Below, one piece after another: positions 47,153 through 56,729 of a stretch of DNA of 64,000 nucleotides (positions are counted from its first letter, which is position 1; every line of letters begins with the position of its first letter). The notes beneath the pieces are model-generated. The model saw only the letters and a list, made by a program, of their open reading frames with translations. It did no database searches and was not told the DNA's origin. Source of the stretch: a virus; IMG/VR virus record IMGVR_UViG_3300024346_009227, positions 32,001-96,000 of that record; one strand, 5' to 3'. The translations under genes and the position numbers were made by a program.

Positions 47153-48286
47153 TTAAAACTGGTCAGTTGTTGCCCTTATAGTTTCACTAGGATCTACCAA
47201 GTGAGTTACAGTAAAGTCATTAAAGGTTCTGAATGAGTAAGTAACAGTTGCGTTATTACCATCAACACCACCACCTTGGTAATTACAAGACTGCATCTTG
47301 CACTTAGAACCAAGATTAATAATAGTGCCTTCATTAAGAACTAATTTAATAGCCTGATTTGACAAGTTATTACCATTGTAACTATTTAATGCAGAGCCAG
47401 TTTCGGTTACTTCAATATTATCACCACCCTTTGCCAATACTTCAAATTCGGCAGTAACTTCTACTGGGAATTTGGTATATCGGAAATAAGGTGCTTTTCG
47501 ACCCAATTCTAAAATCTGCTCACGACCAAGAGTAGCAGAAGCAGAAGCAGATTGGAATGATACATTGTAACACTTAAGTGTTTCATTTATAGTATTATAT
47601 CCAGATGGCGAACCTGCATGAGTAGGAGTAATACCAGGAATCATAGTTGGGAAAAGTGATTTGGACATATTAAGATGCTGTCTTCGGGCAATACCAGAAG
47701 CAGATCGTTGAGCATCATAATTAGTGTTAGTTACTTCACTATATGGATCAGCATCCCATGAAGCATCCGAAGTTTGAGTGCCAGAATCATCTGGTCTGAA
47801 ATCGGGAACCCATTTACCAGTTGCACCAGTATTCCAAACCTTATTGTTTGCAACCATAGTTACTGATTCAGTAGCATTTCCATCAATCCCAATTTTGTAA
47901 GAGACTTGACTTACAAAGCATCCAGAAACAACGCAAGTAGAACTTGGGGTTCCAGAAGCAGCTTCTTGAGTATCATCAGTAATAGAAAGAGCAAGAATTG
48001 TCTTTTGATTAGATCGACCAACCAAAGTTGCACTAGTAGAACCTTGAGTTCCAAGATGGTACAATAATGGAAAGCCATCAAGTACTTTTTCAAGAGTAAT
48101 TTCTACATCTGCAACACCTTCAATGTTTTCATAAATTGAAATCATACCAATTTCAAAAACTTGTTCAAGATTGAAAGTGGTATTAATACCAACAGACTGA
48201 AGACCACGAACTTCTTTGTAGTCAGTAGTATTATCTGCTGCAATACCAACTGCTTGACAAGCATAAAATATTCTTCGATTTGCCAT
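47153..48286 (-). CDS. Major tail (tube) protein
   Basis: Two tube-like half-domains (VRGLQSVGINTTFNLEQVFEIG / FQSASASATLGREQILELG). Has its own promoter motif, SD and terminator, as expected for a high-copy protein. Confidence 0.75.
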   Translation of the reverse strand: MANRRIFYACQAVGIAADNTTDYKEVRGLQSVGINTTFNLEQVFEIGMISIYENIEGVADVEITLEKVLDGFPLLYHLGTQGSTSATLVGRSNQKTILALSITDDTQEAASGTPSSTCVVSGCFVSQVSYKIGIDGNATESVTMVANNKVWNTGATGKWVPDFRPDDSGTQTSDASWDADPYSEVTNTNYDAQRSASGIARRQHLNMSKSLFPTMIPGITPTHAGSPSGYNTINETLKCYNVSFQSASASATLGREQILELGRKAPYFRYTKFPVEVTAEFEVLAKGGDNIEVTETGSALNSYNGNNLSNQAIKLVLNEGTIINLGSKCKMQSCNYQGGGVDGNNATVTYSFRTFNDFTVTHLVDPSETIRATTDQF

Positions 48287-48335
48287 TTTATAAATCTCCC
48301 ATATGAATTTCTATCCGAAAATCAACCCTCATTTA

Positions 48336-48347
48336 ATTAATACACCA
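48336..48347 (-). promoter_or_regulatory. Putative late promoter motif TGGTGTATTAAT
   Basis: Intergenic, about 50 nt upstream of the major tail protein ATG. Confidence 0.65.
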
Positions 48348-48349
48348 AT

Positions 48350-49306
48350 TTAAAGAGAATCTATTGAGAAAGTAACCCTTATACTAGATCTATACATAGG
48401 TGGAGCAGCAAACTGCTCTTGAGATCTAATTTTATCAAAAGATATCAGCTTCCATTGGTAGTCAGTTGTTATTTTTTCGTAATTTAATCCAGATGGAGCT
48501 ATTTGCCCATCATATGTAAGTGGGTATTTTTGATCGGCTAAGAGCCTTGTCTTGTCTATGCCCCAAAATCTTTTTTCCCATTGATTAATAATAACATCAT
48601 GAACTTGCCTTCTATCCCAAGGTGTCTCTGCAAAAACATGCATTAATATATCTTGTTTGTGAACTCTATTGATAGCTCCTAGCTCATAAGGTGTCATACT
48701 TACAGATGGCAATGTTTCTAAAACTATAGCAGGAAGCTGTATTCTATTTAGGGAAAGAACATCCCAAGCACCAGACCCTTTAGACGAAAATTGAACATCA
48801 TCAACTCTAAAGCTGTCGTATTGTATAGTTTGAAACCAAGGTATATCAGCAGATACAATTTTTACATTTCTGTAAGAATGTTCACATTTAACTGTGCTAG
48901 TTGTAGCTATTGGGGAATTAAAAATAATTTTACCTTCGGGATAATTTATCTTATATCCAGAAGGTCCAGATGTATTTTTAGGTATAAAAGATGTGTTTAC
49001 ATATATACCACTAATGCTTATAGGCTGATGGGTATACTCAACTCCAGATTCCCATACCCAATCTGATCTAGCTCCTTCCCACACAGAACCATTTGCATAT
49101 CTAGGATCTCTAGAGAGCCTCATTTTATAAGACGGCAAAGAATGTGAACCAACTCCTGTTGGGTAAACTCCTGTTGGAACATAGATATTTGTAAAAGCAC
49201 CAGTACATAAAAATCCATTTTGCATAAACATATGAACAGATGTTTCTAATAAATCTGAAGTTAATGCATCACCATAATTTGTTACGCCATGAAATTTTAT
49301 ACTCAT
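48350..49306 (-). CDS. Putative tail terminator/completion protein
   Basis: Directly upstream of the tube gene. RIQLPAIVLE...PYELG...ILMHVFAE pattern. Confidence 0.55.
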   Translation of the reverse strand: MSIKFHGVTNYGDALTSDLLETSVHMFMQNGFLCTGAFTNIYVPTGVYPTGVGSHSLPSYKMRLSRDPRYANGSVWEGARSDWVWESGVEYTHQPISISGIYVNTSFIPKNTSGPSGYKINYPEGKIIFNSPIATTSTVKCEHSYRNVKIVSADIPWFQTIQYDSFRVDDVQFSSKGSGAWDVLSLNRIQLPAIVLETLPSVSMTPYELGAINRVHKQDILMHVFAETPWDRRQVHDVIINQWEKRFWGIDKTRLLADQKYPLTYDGQIAPSGLNYEKITTDYQWKLISFDKIRSQEQFAAPPMYRSSIRVTFSIDSL

Positions 49307-49950
49307 TTCAATAATCCCTCTAAACCTTCTTTTAACTTCGTAAGCATGTCTACTTCTGTTGCAGCTAATGCCCTAGTTATCCAGTTGTCATCTATTGTTC
49401 CAGAATAGGCTGGATCTACTCTAAATCCTTTTGACATTTTTGGGGAAATCATTAATGCGTAACCGCTTCTTGATCGAGGTGTATCCTTATAAATAACTTC
49501 ATAATCAGCAATAATTATACTATCGCCAGCAGTTAGTAGCCATTTTAGCCAATCAACAGTATTTCCATTTGAATCATAAGCCCCAAAATTTTTGTCTAAT
49601 AAAAATTCTATTCCACCCTTCAATAACGATAATCTAATACCACCCAAACTTGCTGAAGTTGGTCCAAGTGCATTAAGCTGAATTGATGAGGATACTGCCT
49701 TAACAACTCTTTCTCCAACATTTTCTCCTGGCCTAAAACCAAAATCTTTTCTTAATTGTCCAATATCTAAAGAATAGTATGTATCACTTGGATCTTTTCT
49801 TAGCTTGTTTTCAATATATTCAACAAGACTCGGTCTTATTTTTACAAGTAGTCGATCTATTGTGCTGCGAAGAGTTTGTTTTAGTTCTTTTACTACAGCT
49901 AATGCAAATTGTTGTTCGTCAAGTCTAACATCATATTTAAAAGAAGCCAT
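49303..49950 (-). CDS. Putative neck/tail completion protein
   Basis: Synteny in the neck module. WLKWLL, SRSGYALM and C-terminal DNWITRA. Confidence 0.5.
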   Translation of the reverse strand: MASFKYDVRLDEQQFALAVVKELKQTLRSTIDRLLVKIRPSLVEYIENKLRKDPSDTYYSLDIGQLRKDFGFRPGENVGERVVKAVSSSIQLNALGPTSASLGGIRLSLLKGGIEFLLDKNFGAYDSNGNTVDWLKWLLTAGDSIIIADYEVIYKDTPRSRSGYALMISPKMSKGFRVDPAYSGTIDDNWITRALAATEVDMLTKLKEGLEGLLK

Positions 49951-49951
49951 T

Positions 49952-50473
49952 TTAAGCTCCTATTCTATTCCATACAGCAACCCAATATCTGTTTTGGACT
50001 ATGTTTCCTTGATCAATAGGCTCGCCAGCAAGTTCATATGTATATCTAATCATTGGCTCTAAGCTTATTTGCATAATCATTTTTCTTGACTGCAAAACAT
50101 TTGCTAAATCTTTTATATATCCTTTAGTCTGAATTGTTCCCGCTGGATGCTGTATGTTTGCTGGAATTTTAACAAACCAATCAGAAGGACTATTTGATAT
50201 TAAAAGCTTTATTGGGGTTGTACTTTCTGAAAAATGATAGCCCCTACCATCACATAAAGGGCAAATGCTTCCGTTTGGAAAAGGCATAGGTCCACCATTA
50301 GTCCAATGGTTTGATGACTTGTTACCGATTGGATCTATAATACAATTAACACAAGCACTTGGAAGTGGGGGATATACCAATAGGCAATCCTTGCCCAATT
50401 GATCTATTAGGTCATCTATAGCATCTTGAGCTATTTTTTTAACATCATCAGATAATGTGAATAATTTGCCCAT
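49952..50473 (-). CDS. Putative head-closure protein with a Zn finger
   Basis: CVNC...CPLCDGRGY and neck-module position. Confidence 0.55.
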   Translation of the reverse strand: MGKLFTLSDDVKKIAQDAIDDLIDQLGKDCLLVYPPLPSACVNCIIDPIGNKSSNHWTNGGPMPFPNGSICPLCDGRGYHFSESTTPIKLLISNSPSDWFVKIPANIQHPAGTIQTKGYIKDLANVLQSRKMIMQISLEPMIRYTYELAGEPIDQGNIVQNRYWVAVWNRIGA

Positions 50474-50477
50474 AATG

Positions 50478-50489
50478 TATAATACACCA
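50478..50489 (-). promoter_or_regulatory. Putative late promoter motif TGGTGTATTATA
   Basis: Intergenic, ending 4 nt before ATG 50473. Confidence 0.6.
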
Positions 50490-50504
50490 CTGATAATTAT
50501 ACAA

Positions 50505-52304
50505 TTAAAGCTTCTTTAAAATTAAATAATCATCTGAATACTTAAGCAAACTAAGTTTTTCTGATTTTTTATAAATATCTGCAATTTCTTGATCTGCATT
50601 TACTATGATTAAAAAATCTTCTGGCCTTAAAAAAGTTTCTTGTTTTAACAATGAAAAATCAATAAGTTCTTGAGACAAGCCTTTATAGTTAATTAATAAT
50701 GTTCTAGTATTTTCATCTGGTGCTGCAAAATCATCTTCTTTATCTGTAAGAATAAAGTTTTCATAATTAAAGTTATTTATGTATTTTTGAATTGATTCTT
50801 TACACATATTTTTGTATTCATCCACTCTAACTACCCCAAGGCCTTTTTGGCAAAGAGCAATGGTAGTTTGTAATCCTTCTGAGCTTATATCTAAACAATA
50901 TGAGTTATTTGCTGCCCAAACAATTTCTCTTACTGCTTCAACTGAAAGTCCACCATCAACATTAGTTAAAGGAACATATTGAAATTTTAATCTCATTAAT
51001 GCTTCTTCAAATGTGTACAAGATAGGAACAATTTTTTCTTTCTGGCATATATAAGAAAATTCAGTTGCTTCTTGATAGTCATCTAGTACTTTTTTTGCAA
51101 AATCTTTACTTATCATCCATAAAGTTGAATCATCTAATTCATCAATATCAACAATCTTGTAAGATAATTGAGAATGTGTTGTTTTCAAGCAGCCTTTATT
51201 TATTTGATCAAATATAGTTATTTTTGCCTGATTTGTTTTTATTAGTGGCCAAAAATCAAGCATGAAGTTAATGCTTTTTTCTAGTCTTAAATTGCCTTTG
51301 CAAATTAAAGCGTAATCATATTCTTCTGCAATAAACTTGTGAAGAGTTAACTTTAGATTTGCTCCAAGCATATATTCTTTTTCTTTTTCCCATTTCATTT
51401 TTTTAAATGATTCTTCAGTAGTATTGCTTTCTCTTCCAATAATATAAGCTTTAATTTTTACATCATTTTTTTGTGCGGAAATTATAGGTGTTGGATTTCC
51501 AACTACTTTAGCAGAATCGGTAATTGATCTAAACAATTCATCTTGACTCACTTTTCCAGTAAAGTAAGTGATTGCCTCTCTATGATTCCAACCAAGTTCA
51601 GTCCAGCCAACTATATAATTGAATATTCTATCTACGATTTGTAGTGGGTAAGGAACGCCTTTTGGTCTGCTAAATCTGTGTATCCATTTTAAAAATGGAA
51701 GACACAAAGACTTGCCACCATTCTGCCTTACTTTTTCTTGTATGTAACCTTCTTCACCACCAAAACCTCTGAAATTTTTGTTGAATGTCGGCCAAACATC
51801 TCTTCTCATGCAGAAAACGCCTAGACCCTGCATAGGTATTTCAAATGGTTTTCCTTCGTGTACTCTTTTATCTGTTTCCCAAGTTCCATACATATGCCCT
51901 CTCCAACCTGGCTGAAAATGAGTAGATAAATCTCTTTGGTTGTCATACAAAAGTGGCCCTTGAATTAAATCTTTTGTGTTTTCATTTTCCCTTAAGTATT
52001 TTTTGAGTTCACTAATCACATCTTTTTTGAAAATAACATGACAATCAATGCACATTACAAATTTTCCAGTTGCCATTTCAAAAACATGATTTCTAGACTG
52101 AGATGTTCCAGCTTTTTCTGGTGCGTGTATATACCTTGCTCCAACATGACCACAAGCATTTTTTGTGTCTTCACAAGATTTTGGTTTTGTATCTACTATT
52201 AAAAGCTCTACATCTTCTAGATCGTGATAAGCTTTTAGTGCTTGAAGTGTAAAATAAACCCCATCAAAATCATCGTATGTAGCCATACCAATGGTTAAAA
52301 ACAT
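50505..52304 (-). CDS. GT2 glycosyltransferase with additional C-terminal domains, inside the virion module
   Basis: TIGMATYDDF, ELLIVD, GTSQSRN, MCIDCHV and FRGFGGEEGYI. AAGGAGG SD. Confidence 0.85.
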   Translation of the reverse strand: MFLTIGMATYDDFDGVYFTLQALKAYHDLEDVELLIVDTKPKSCEDTKNACGHVGARYIHAPEKAGTSQSRNHVFEMATGKFVMCIDCHVIFKKDVISELKKYLRENENTKDLIQGPLLYDNQRDLSTHFQPGWRGHMYGTWETDKRVHEGKPFEIPMQGLGVFCMRRDVWPTFNKNFRGFGGEEGYIQEKVRQNGGKSLCLPFLKWIHRFSRPKGVPYPLQIVDRIFNYIVGWTELGWNHREAITYFTGKVSQDELFRSITDSAKVVGNPTPIISAQKNDVKIKAYIIGRESNTTEESFKKMKWEKEKEYMLGANLKLTLHKFIAEEYDYALICKGNLRLEKSINFMLDFWPLIKTNQAKITIFDQINKGCLKTTHSQLSYKIVDIDELDDSTLWMISKDFAKKVLDDYQEATEFSYICQKEKIVPILYTFEEALMRLKFQYVPLTNVDGGLSVEAVREIVWAANNSYCLDISSEGLQTTIALCQKGLGVVRVDEYKNMCKESIQKYINNFNYENFILTDKEDDFAAPDENTRTLLINYKGLSQELIDFSLLKQETFLRPEDFLIIVNADQEIADIYKKSEKLSLLKYSDDYLILKKL

Positions 52305-52333
52305 AAATCCTCCTTTAATTTCCTAAGTCTTAA

Positions 52334-52792
52334 CTAAGCTTGTTTTGCAACAAACAAACCAGATAGCTCAACTGAATAAACATTGACCGCATCCAATGGA
52401 ACAAATCCATTTTCAAATACTAATTCTTGATTTGATGACAAATTATATGATGTAGTTGTATCAGCATCTTCACCAAAATTCAAGTACATAATTCCAGTAG
52501 AATTGTTTTTAAAGTAAAAATAATTTCTTCCTGATTTTGCAGGGAAAATTTGTTGGCTAATTCCTGTTGCAACAATAGCACTAGAGCCATCTTCAAGACT
52601 ATCGCTCATGCTGGTATCTACATTGTAATAACCAAAATTTCTACTCAAATTTACTGGTTCAATATCAGAAAATGTTCTAACATCAACCCTATTGTAAGTA
52701 GTTACTTCTCCAGAAGGATGCCCTTCAGTTGATTGAATAGTCGAAGACCCAATTTTAATAACACCGCTATTAATTATATGATGAGTTGCCAT
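52334..52792 (-). CDS. Hypothetical virion protein (small beta domain)
   Basis: SQQIFPAKSGRNYFYFKNNSTGIMYLNFG pattern. AGGAG SD. Confidence 0.65.
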   Translation of the reverse strand: MATHHIINSGVIKIGSSTIQSTEGHPSGEVTTYNRVDVRTFSDIEPVNLSRNFGYYNVDTSMSDSLEDGSSAIVATGISQQIFPAKSGRNYFYFKNNSTGIMYLNFGEDADTTTSYNLSSNQELVFENGFVPLDAVNVYSVELSGLFVAKQA

Positions 52793-52803
52793 CTACCTAC
52801 TCC

Positions 52804-53334
52804 TTATCTTGGGAAAAATGTTCTACCTTCATTGCTAGTATAATAAACCTGATCTCTAGAACCAGCAAATATTCTAAATGGACTCATTATAGCAGCACCA
52901 GCTATAGATCCAATTCTAGCAGTTTGATATTCTAGTTTAACTTCTTCGTAAACAGAACACCAACCCTTTTCTAGCAATTTCATTCTACCATCCATAGTTC
53001 CACGCAAGTCAATAGAAGAACTGCCATCCCTAATAGCAATTCCTTGACCAACAGCCCTTCTTGTCTCGCCACGCTCTATTAAACATGCTGATTTTATAGT
53101 TACTAAATTTATAAAGTTATCATCTCTAGTAGTTGCCCTATCTACTGGACTAGGCTCAATTGTAAGTGCTTGAATATCAACTTGAAAATTATTTGCAAAT
53201 TTTAGTTCTGAAGTAACTAGTTGAGCAGCAACAGCAATCACTTGCGTAAGTCGTTTGTCTGTATATAGTTGTGGAGAAACTAAGTCATCTAATAAAACTC
53301 TCAATAATGTTATAAATTCTGCTTGCCAGTACAT
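52804..53334 (-). CDS. Putative head-tail adaptor
   Basis: LLRVLLDD...YTDKRL helical N-terminus and IRDGSSSID hairpin typical of adaptor proteins. Synteny. Confidence 0.6.
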   Translation of the reverse strand: MYWQAEFITLLRVLLDDLVSPQLYTDKRLTQVIAVAAQLVTSELKFANNFQVDIQALTIEPSPVDRATTRDDNFINLVTIKSACLIERGETRRAVGQGIAIRDGSSSIDLRGTMDGRMKLLEKGWCSVYEEVKLEYQTARIGSIAGAAIMSPFRIFAGSRDQVYYTSNEGRTFFPR

Positions 53335-53367
53335 AATAACCTCTATGGTTAGAGCATTGTTTCAATT

Positions 53368-53379
53368 AATAATACACCA
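53368..53379 (-). promoter_or_regulatory. Putative late promoter motif TGGTGTATTATT
   Basis: Intergenic, upstream of the GAGGT SD of the adaptor gene. Confidence 0.62.
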
Positions 53380-53383
53380 TATT

Positions 53384-54028
53384 TTAATCGGTAAATGGTG
53401 GCACTATAACTATATTGCCAACAGATAGTGTGACTATATGTCCATTAGACAAGGTAGATCTAAACTCATAAGACCATCTTCCTGCCCCAATTTGACTTAA
53501 TTCTTCATTACTAAGCTCTACTCTTAGAGATGTTTGATTAAGAAGTTCTGCAATTTTAGTAAATGTTGGTCTAGAATCTATAATGAATTCTGTAGTTGAA
53601 CCAATAAGATCTGGCCAATCAACAGAAGTTATATCTATAGATCTAGATTCTTCTACTAAATAATCATCTGTCAATCTTAACTCTATAGGATTTTCTGGAT
53701 TAATTGGTATTGGGTTTGTTAATGCAGGAACACCAATTCCAGTAGAGCTACATCTTGTGCTAACTTTAACATCTATGTTTTCATATTCTTCTGGATTAAT
53801 TGCTAAAACACCAAGAAATTCAACCCCACAATAAAATTTGATAGCACCTCTAAAAGATGCTGGTATTGTTGGAGTAAATAAAAAGTAGCCATTAGTTAAA
53901 TTTACAAATCCAGTTGTATATGGAGTACTATAATTTGTTCCATTTCCGTTTATTAATTGTGCAGATAAAGTTGTGCAATTTTCATAATTTTTGCCAAAAG
54001 ATAAGCTTATACCCATTTCAAATGCCAT
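53384..54028 (-). CDS. Hypothetical virion protein; C-domain paralogous to 54030..54359
   Basis: Shares TDDY, IGAGRWSYE.RS and GH.VT.S.GN with its neighbour. Confidence 0.7.
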   Translation of the reverse strand: MAFEMGISLSFGKNYENCTTLSAQLINGNGTNYSTPYTTGFVNLTNGYFLFTPTIPASFRGAIKFYCGVEFLGVLAINPEEYENIDVKVSTRCSSTGIGVPALTNPIPINPENPIELRLTDDYLVEESRSIDITSVDWPDLIGSTTEFIIDSRPTFTKIAELLNQTSLRVELSNEELSQIGAGRWSYEFRSTLSNGHIVTLSVGNIVIVPPFTD

Positions 54029-54029
54029 G

Positions 54030-54359
54030 TTAATCTCCAAAAGCAGGAGTTATAATTAAATTTCCAAAACTTACAGTTACAGTATGGCCACTAAGAAAAA
54101 CAGATCTAATTTCATAAGACCATCTTCCAGCACCAATACTTTGTAAATCTGTACTGCTAAGTTCAAGTCTTAAGGTTTTACTATCAATATAAGAAGTTAT
54201 TTTTGAAAAGTTTAATTTTCCATCAACATAAAACATTGTTGTAACTTCACTTAGATTTGGATAATCATCAGAGGTGAAATCTATAGCTCTACCATCTATT
54301 GCATAATAGTCATCTGTTGACCTTAAATCTAATGTTTCACCAGCAACAAAAGTGATCAT
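54030..54359 (-). CDS. Hypothetical virion protein (single beta-sandwich-like domain)
   Basis: Paralog of the neighbour's C-domain. Start at ATG 54359 through an ATGA overlap. Confidence 0.7.
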   Translation of the reverse strand: MITFVAGETLDLRSTDDYYAIDGRAIDFTSDDYPNLSEVTTMFYVDGKLNFSKITSYIDSKTLRLELSSTDLQSIGAGRWSYEIRSVFLSGHTVTVSFGNLIITPAFGD

Positions 54360-54466
54360 TTTTGCACAAACCCACTTGTACATATGTAATCAGACTGATT
54401 GCTATTTAATACGGTATACTCAATAGCAACAATAGTATCATTTGTGTAAATAACTTCATTCTGCAT
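54356..54466 (-). CDS. 36-aa small ORF missing from the ORF track
   Basis: MQNEVIYTNDTIVAIEYTVLNSNQSDYICTSGFVQK*. AAGGA SD. Overlaps the holin stop region and the next ATG (ATGA). Confidence 0.5.
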   Translation of the reverse strand: MQNEVIYTNDTIVAIEYTVLNSNQSDYICTSGFVQK

Positions 54467-54743
54467 TTGCTGTTTCCTTTTTAGTCCTTTTGAGTTCATG
54501 CAATTCTCTAGTGTTCAACAGTATCTGATTAAGTATGCCCATAGTATTTTCTTGGCTTTTAACTACACTTTCTAGTCCATTTTCTAATCTGTCTATAAAT
54601 TTGATATGCCTATCATGCAAAGGAAGGATAATCTTCTCGCCCAACCAATTTGCTGCTTTATAGGTTGTCCAAACAAAGAATATTAAGAAACTACAAGAAA
54701 CACCCAATCGTTCAACTAATAGGACAATTTCTTTTTCATCCAT
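54456..54743 (-). CDS. Putative holin / single-TM membrane protein
   Basis: One N-terminal hydrophobic helix (LGVSCSFLIFFVW) followed by a coiled coil and a basic tail (BhlA-like layout). Confidence 0.5.
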   Translation of the reverse strand: MDEKEIVLLVERLGVSCSFLIFFVWTTYKAANWLGEKIILPLHDRHIKFIDRLENGLESVVKSQENTMGILNQILLNTRELHELKRTKKETANAE

Positions 54744-54778
54744 TGTTCTAACCCCCAAATAATGTAGTTGTGCCTACA

Positions 54779-55339
54779 TTAAATTACACCTGTCACTCCA
54801 ACTTCTGTGGCATTCTCTACTACCTTTCTTTTTTCTGCAAAGGTGCTAGCTAAGATTGAACGAGCTTGACCATATTCTAAAAGAACAGCAGTCATTTCTT
54901 CTATAGACGAGAAAACAACAGGCGTATTATCCATGCTAATTAGGTTGGGAAGTTCTAGGCCCAATGCTGCTGCCTCTTTTGCAAGAGAAAATACACCCAC
55001 AAGAAGGGCGACATCAGAGGGGGAAATTCCTAAACGATAGCCACGACCAGAATCCCAACCAACTTTTTCTAAAGCTGCCCATTCATTATCTATATTTTGA
55101 AATGACCATGCCTTTGCTTGAGATAGAGCGTCTGGAGGTGCAGCAGCTATATAATCCCATGTTTGATCAGCAAGCTTAGATATAAATTTGCCAATTTCTG
55201 AATCAAGTAAAACTGGCATGGTTATATTTCTTGAAACACCATCTGAATTTGTTTTAATCAGATTAATGTTGTATATGTCCTCTGTTGCTATTCCAGAGTT
55301 ATCTATCCTGTTTGTCAGTATAATGCTTAAACTTAACAT
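54779..55339 (-). CDS. Putative tail fibre assembly protein (DUF4376-like C-domain)
   Basis: Follows the tail-collar genes. LISMDNTPVVFSSIEEMTAVLLEYG pattern. Confidence 0.5.
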   Translation of the reverse strand: MLSLSIILTNRIDNSGIATEDIYNINLIKTNSDGVSRNITMPVLLDSEIGKFISKLADQTWDYIAAAPPDALSQAKAWSFQNIDNEWAALEKVGWDSGRGYRLGISPSDVALLVGVFSLAKEAAALGLELPNLISMDNTPVVFSSIEEMTAVLLEYGQARSILASTFAEKRKVVENATEVGVTGVI

Positions 55340-55347
55340 TTTTTCTC

Positions 55348-56031
55348 CTATGCTTTTATGATAAAATTAACGACTATCGCTGGTGGAATAATGCCGAATG
55401 CAGTTCCACCTCCAGTACTGGAATTAGTAACGGTATGGTTATGGTTAGTGCTTTCAGTTCCTGTGGTAGTTGCATGGCTATGATCTTGATTAGCTGCTTG
55501 CATGTTAGGAGTTCCATTAGCACTTCTGCCAGCACCATCTCTCAAACCATATGATCCAGACGATCCTACATTTCTTCCCCAACCATGTGTATGATCAGCA
55601 GACACTGTACCACTTGTTCCTGAGTGTGTATGATTAGCGGTTTGCGTTCCTACTGTTGTAGCATGAGTGTGAGAAGCCATGTTAGCTTCAGATAAAGCAA
55701 CTGTTTCTGCTCCTACATTTGATCCCAAAGTTCTAGTAGTTAGAGAAGTACCTGTTCCTGCACAAATTGGAATCCTACCCCTCATATCGGGCAAAGTAAA
55801 AGTATCGTTAGAATTTCCAGAACCATAAGTAGTTCCAATAACTTTAAATAAATCGCCATAATCCTTTCTACTAACAGCACTTCCATTGCATAAAAGCCAT
55901 CCGTTAGGAACTACAGATCCAGCAAAAAATCTTATAACACCAATAGGAGTAATGGATGATTGTAAACCTTGAAAGGAACTACCCTTAGGAGAATTAGTCG
56001 GTATCGAATTATAAGAAAAAGATCCAGCCAA
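55348..56031 (-). CDS. Tail-collar domain fibre protein, paralog 3
   Basis: PIGVIRFFAG..PNGWLLCNG..DLFKVIGTTYG..FTLPDMRGR, repeated HxH motifs, and a VNFIIK end. TTG start. Confidence 0.88.
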   Translation of the reverse strand: MAGSFSYNSIPTNSPKGSSFQGLQSSITPIGVIRFFAGSVVPNGWLLCNGSAVSRKDYGDLFKVIGTTYGSGNSNDTFTLPDMRGRIPICAGTGTSLTTRTLGSNVGAETVALSEANMASHTHATTVGTQTANHTHSGTSGTVSADHTHGWGRNVGSSGSYGLRDGAGRSANGTPNMQAANQDHSHATTTGTESTNHNHTVTNSSTGGGTAFGIIPPAIVVNFIIKA

Positions 56032-56038
56032 TTTACAC

Positions 56039-56722
56039 CTATATTTTTATAATGAAATTAACAACTATGGATGGAGGCATAATGCCAAATGCCGTTCCGC
56101 TTCCAGTATTAGAGTTAGACACCGAATGATTGTGATTGGCACTTTCCGTTCCTGTTGTAGTAGCATGAGTATGGTTTTGCTGAATGCCACCAGTATTAGG
56201 TTGACCAGAACTACTAGCTGTTCCTGAGTCCATCAACCCATATGAACCAGATGTACCCGCAGTATGACTAAAGTAGTGGTTGTGATTTGTACTTTCACCC
56301 CCACTTGTTCCTGTGTGTGTATGTGTAACACTTTCTGTTCCAACTGTGGTTGCATGTGTATGAGAAGGCAAATTAGTTTCTGCTAATGTCGCTGTTTCTG
56401 CACCAAGAGTTGCTGCCAATGCCCTTGTGGTTAAACCAGAACCAGAACCAACACCAATAGGTAGTCTGCCTCTCATGTCTGGTAAAGTAAATGTATTGTT
56501 AGAATTACCAACACCATAAGTAGTACCTATAATTTTAAATAAATCACTAAAAGCTATTCTGCTTACAATGCTTCCGTCACAAATTAACCATCCAATTGGA
56601 GCAACGGAACCAGCAAACATTTCTATTACACCAGTCGGTATGATTGGTGTTTTTATAGGCTCAAACGAACTACCTTTAGGGGAGTTAGTTGGTATCGAAT
56701 TATAGGAAAAAGATCCAGCCAA
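56039..56722 (-). CDS. Tail-collar domain fibre protein, paralog 2
   Basis: Same collar and HxH architecture. TTG start. Confidence 0.88.
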   Translation of the reverse strand: MAGSFSYNSIPTNSPKGSSFEPIKTPIIPTGVIEMFAGSVAPIGWLICDGSIVSRIAFSDLFKIIGTTYGVGNSNNTFTLPDMRGRLPIGVGSGSGLTTRALAATLGAETATLAETNLPSHTHATTVGTESVTHTHTGTSGGESTNHNHYFSHTAGTSGSYGLMDSGTASSSGQPNTGGIQQNHTHATTTGTESANHNHSVSNSNTGSGTAFGIMPPSIVVNFIIKI

Positions 56723-56729
56723 TTTTCAC

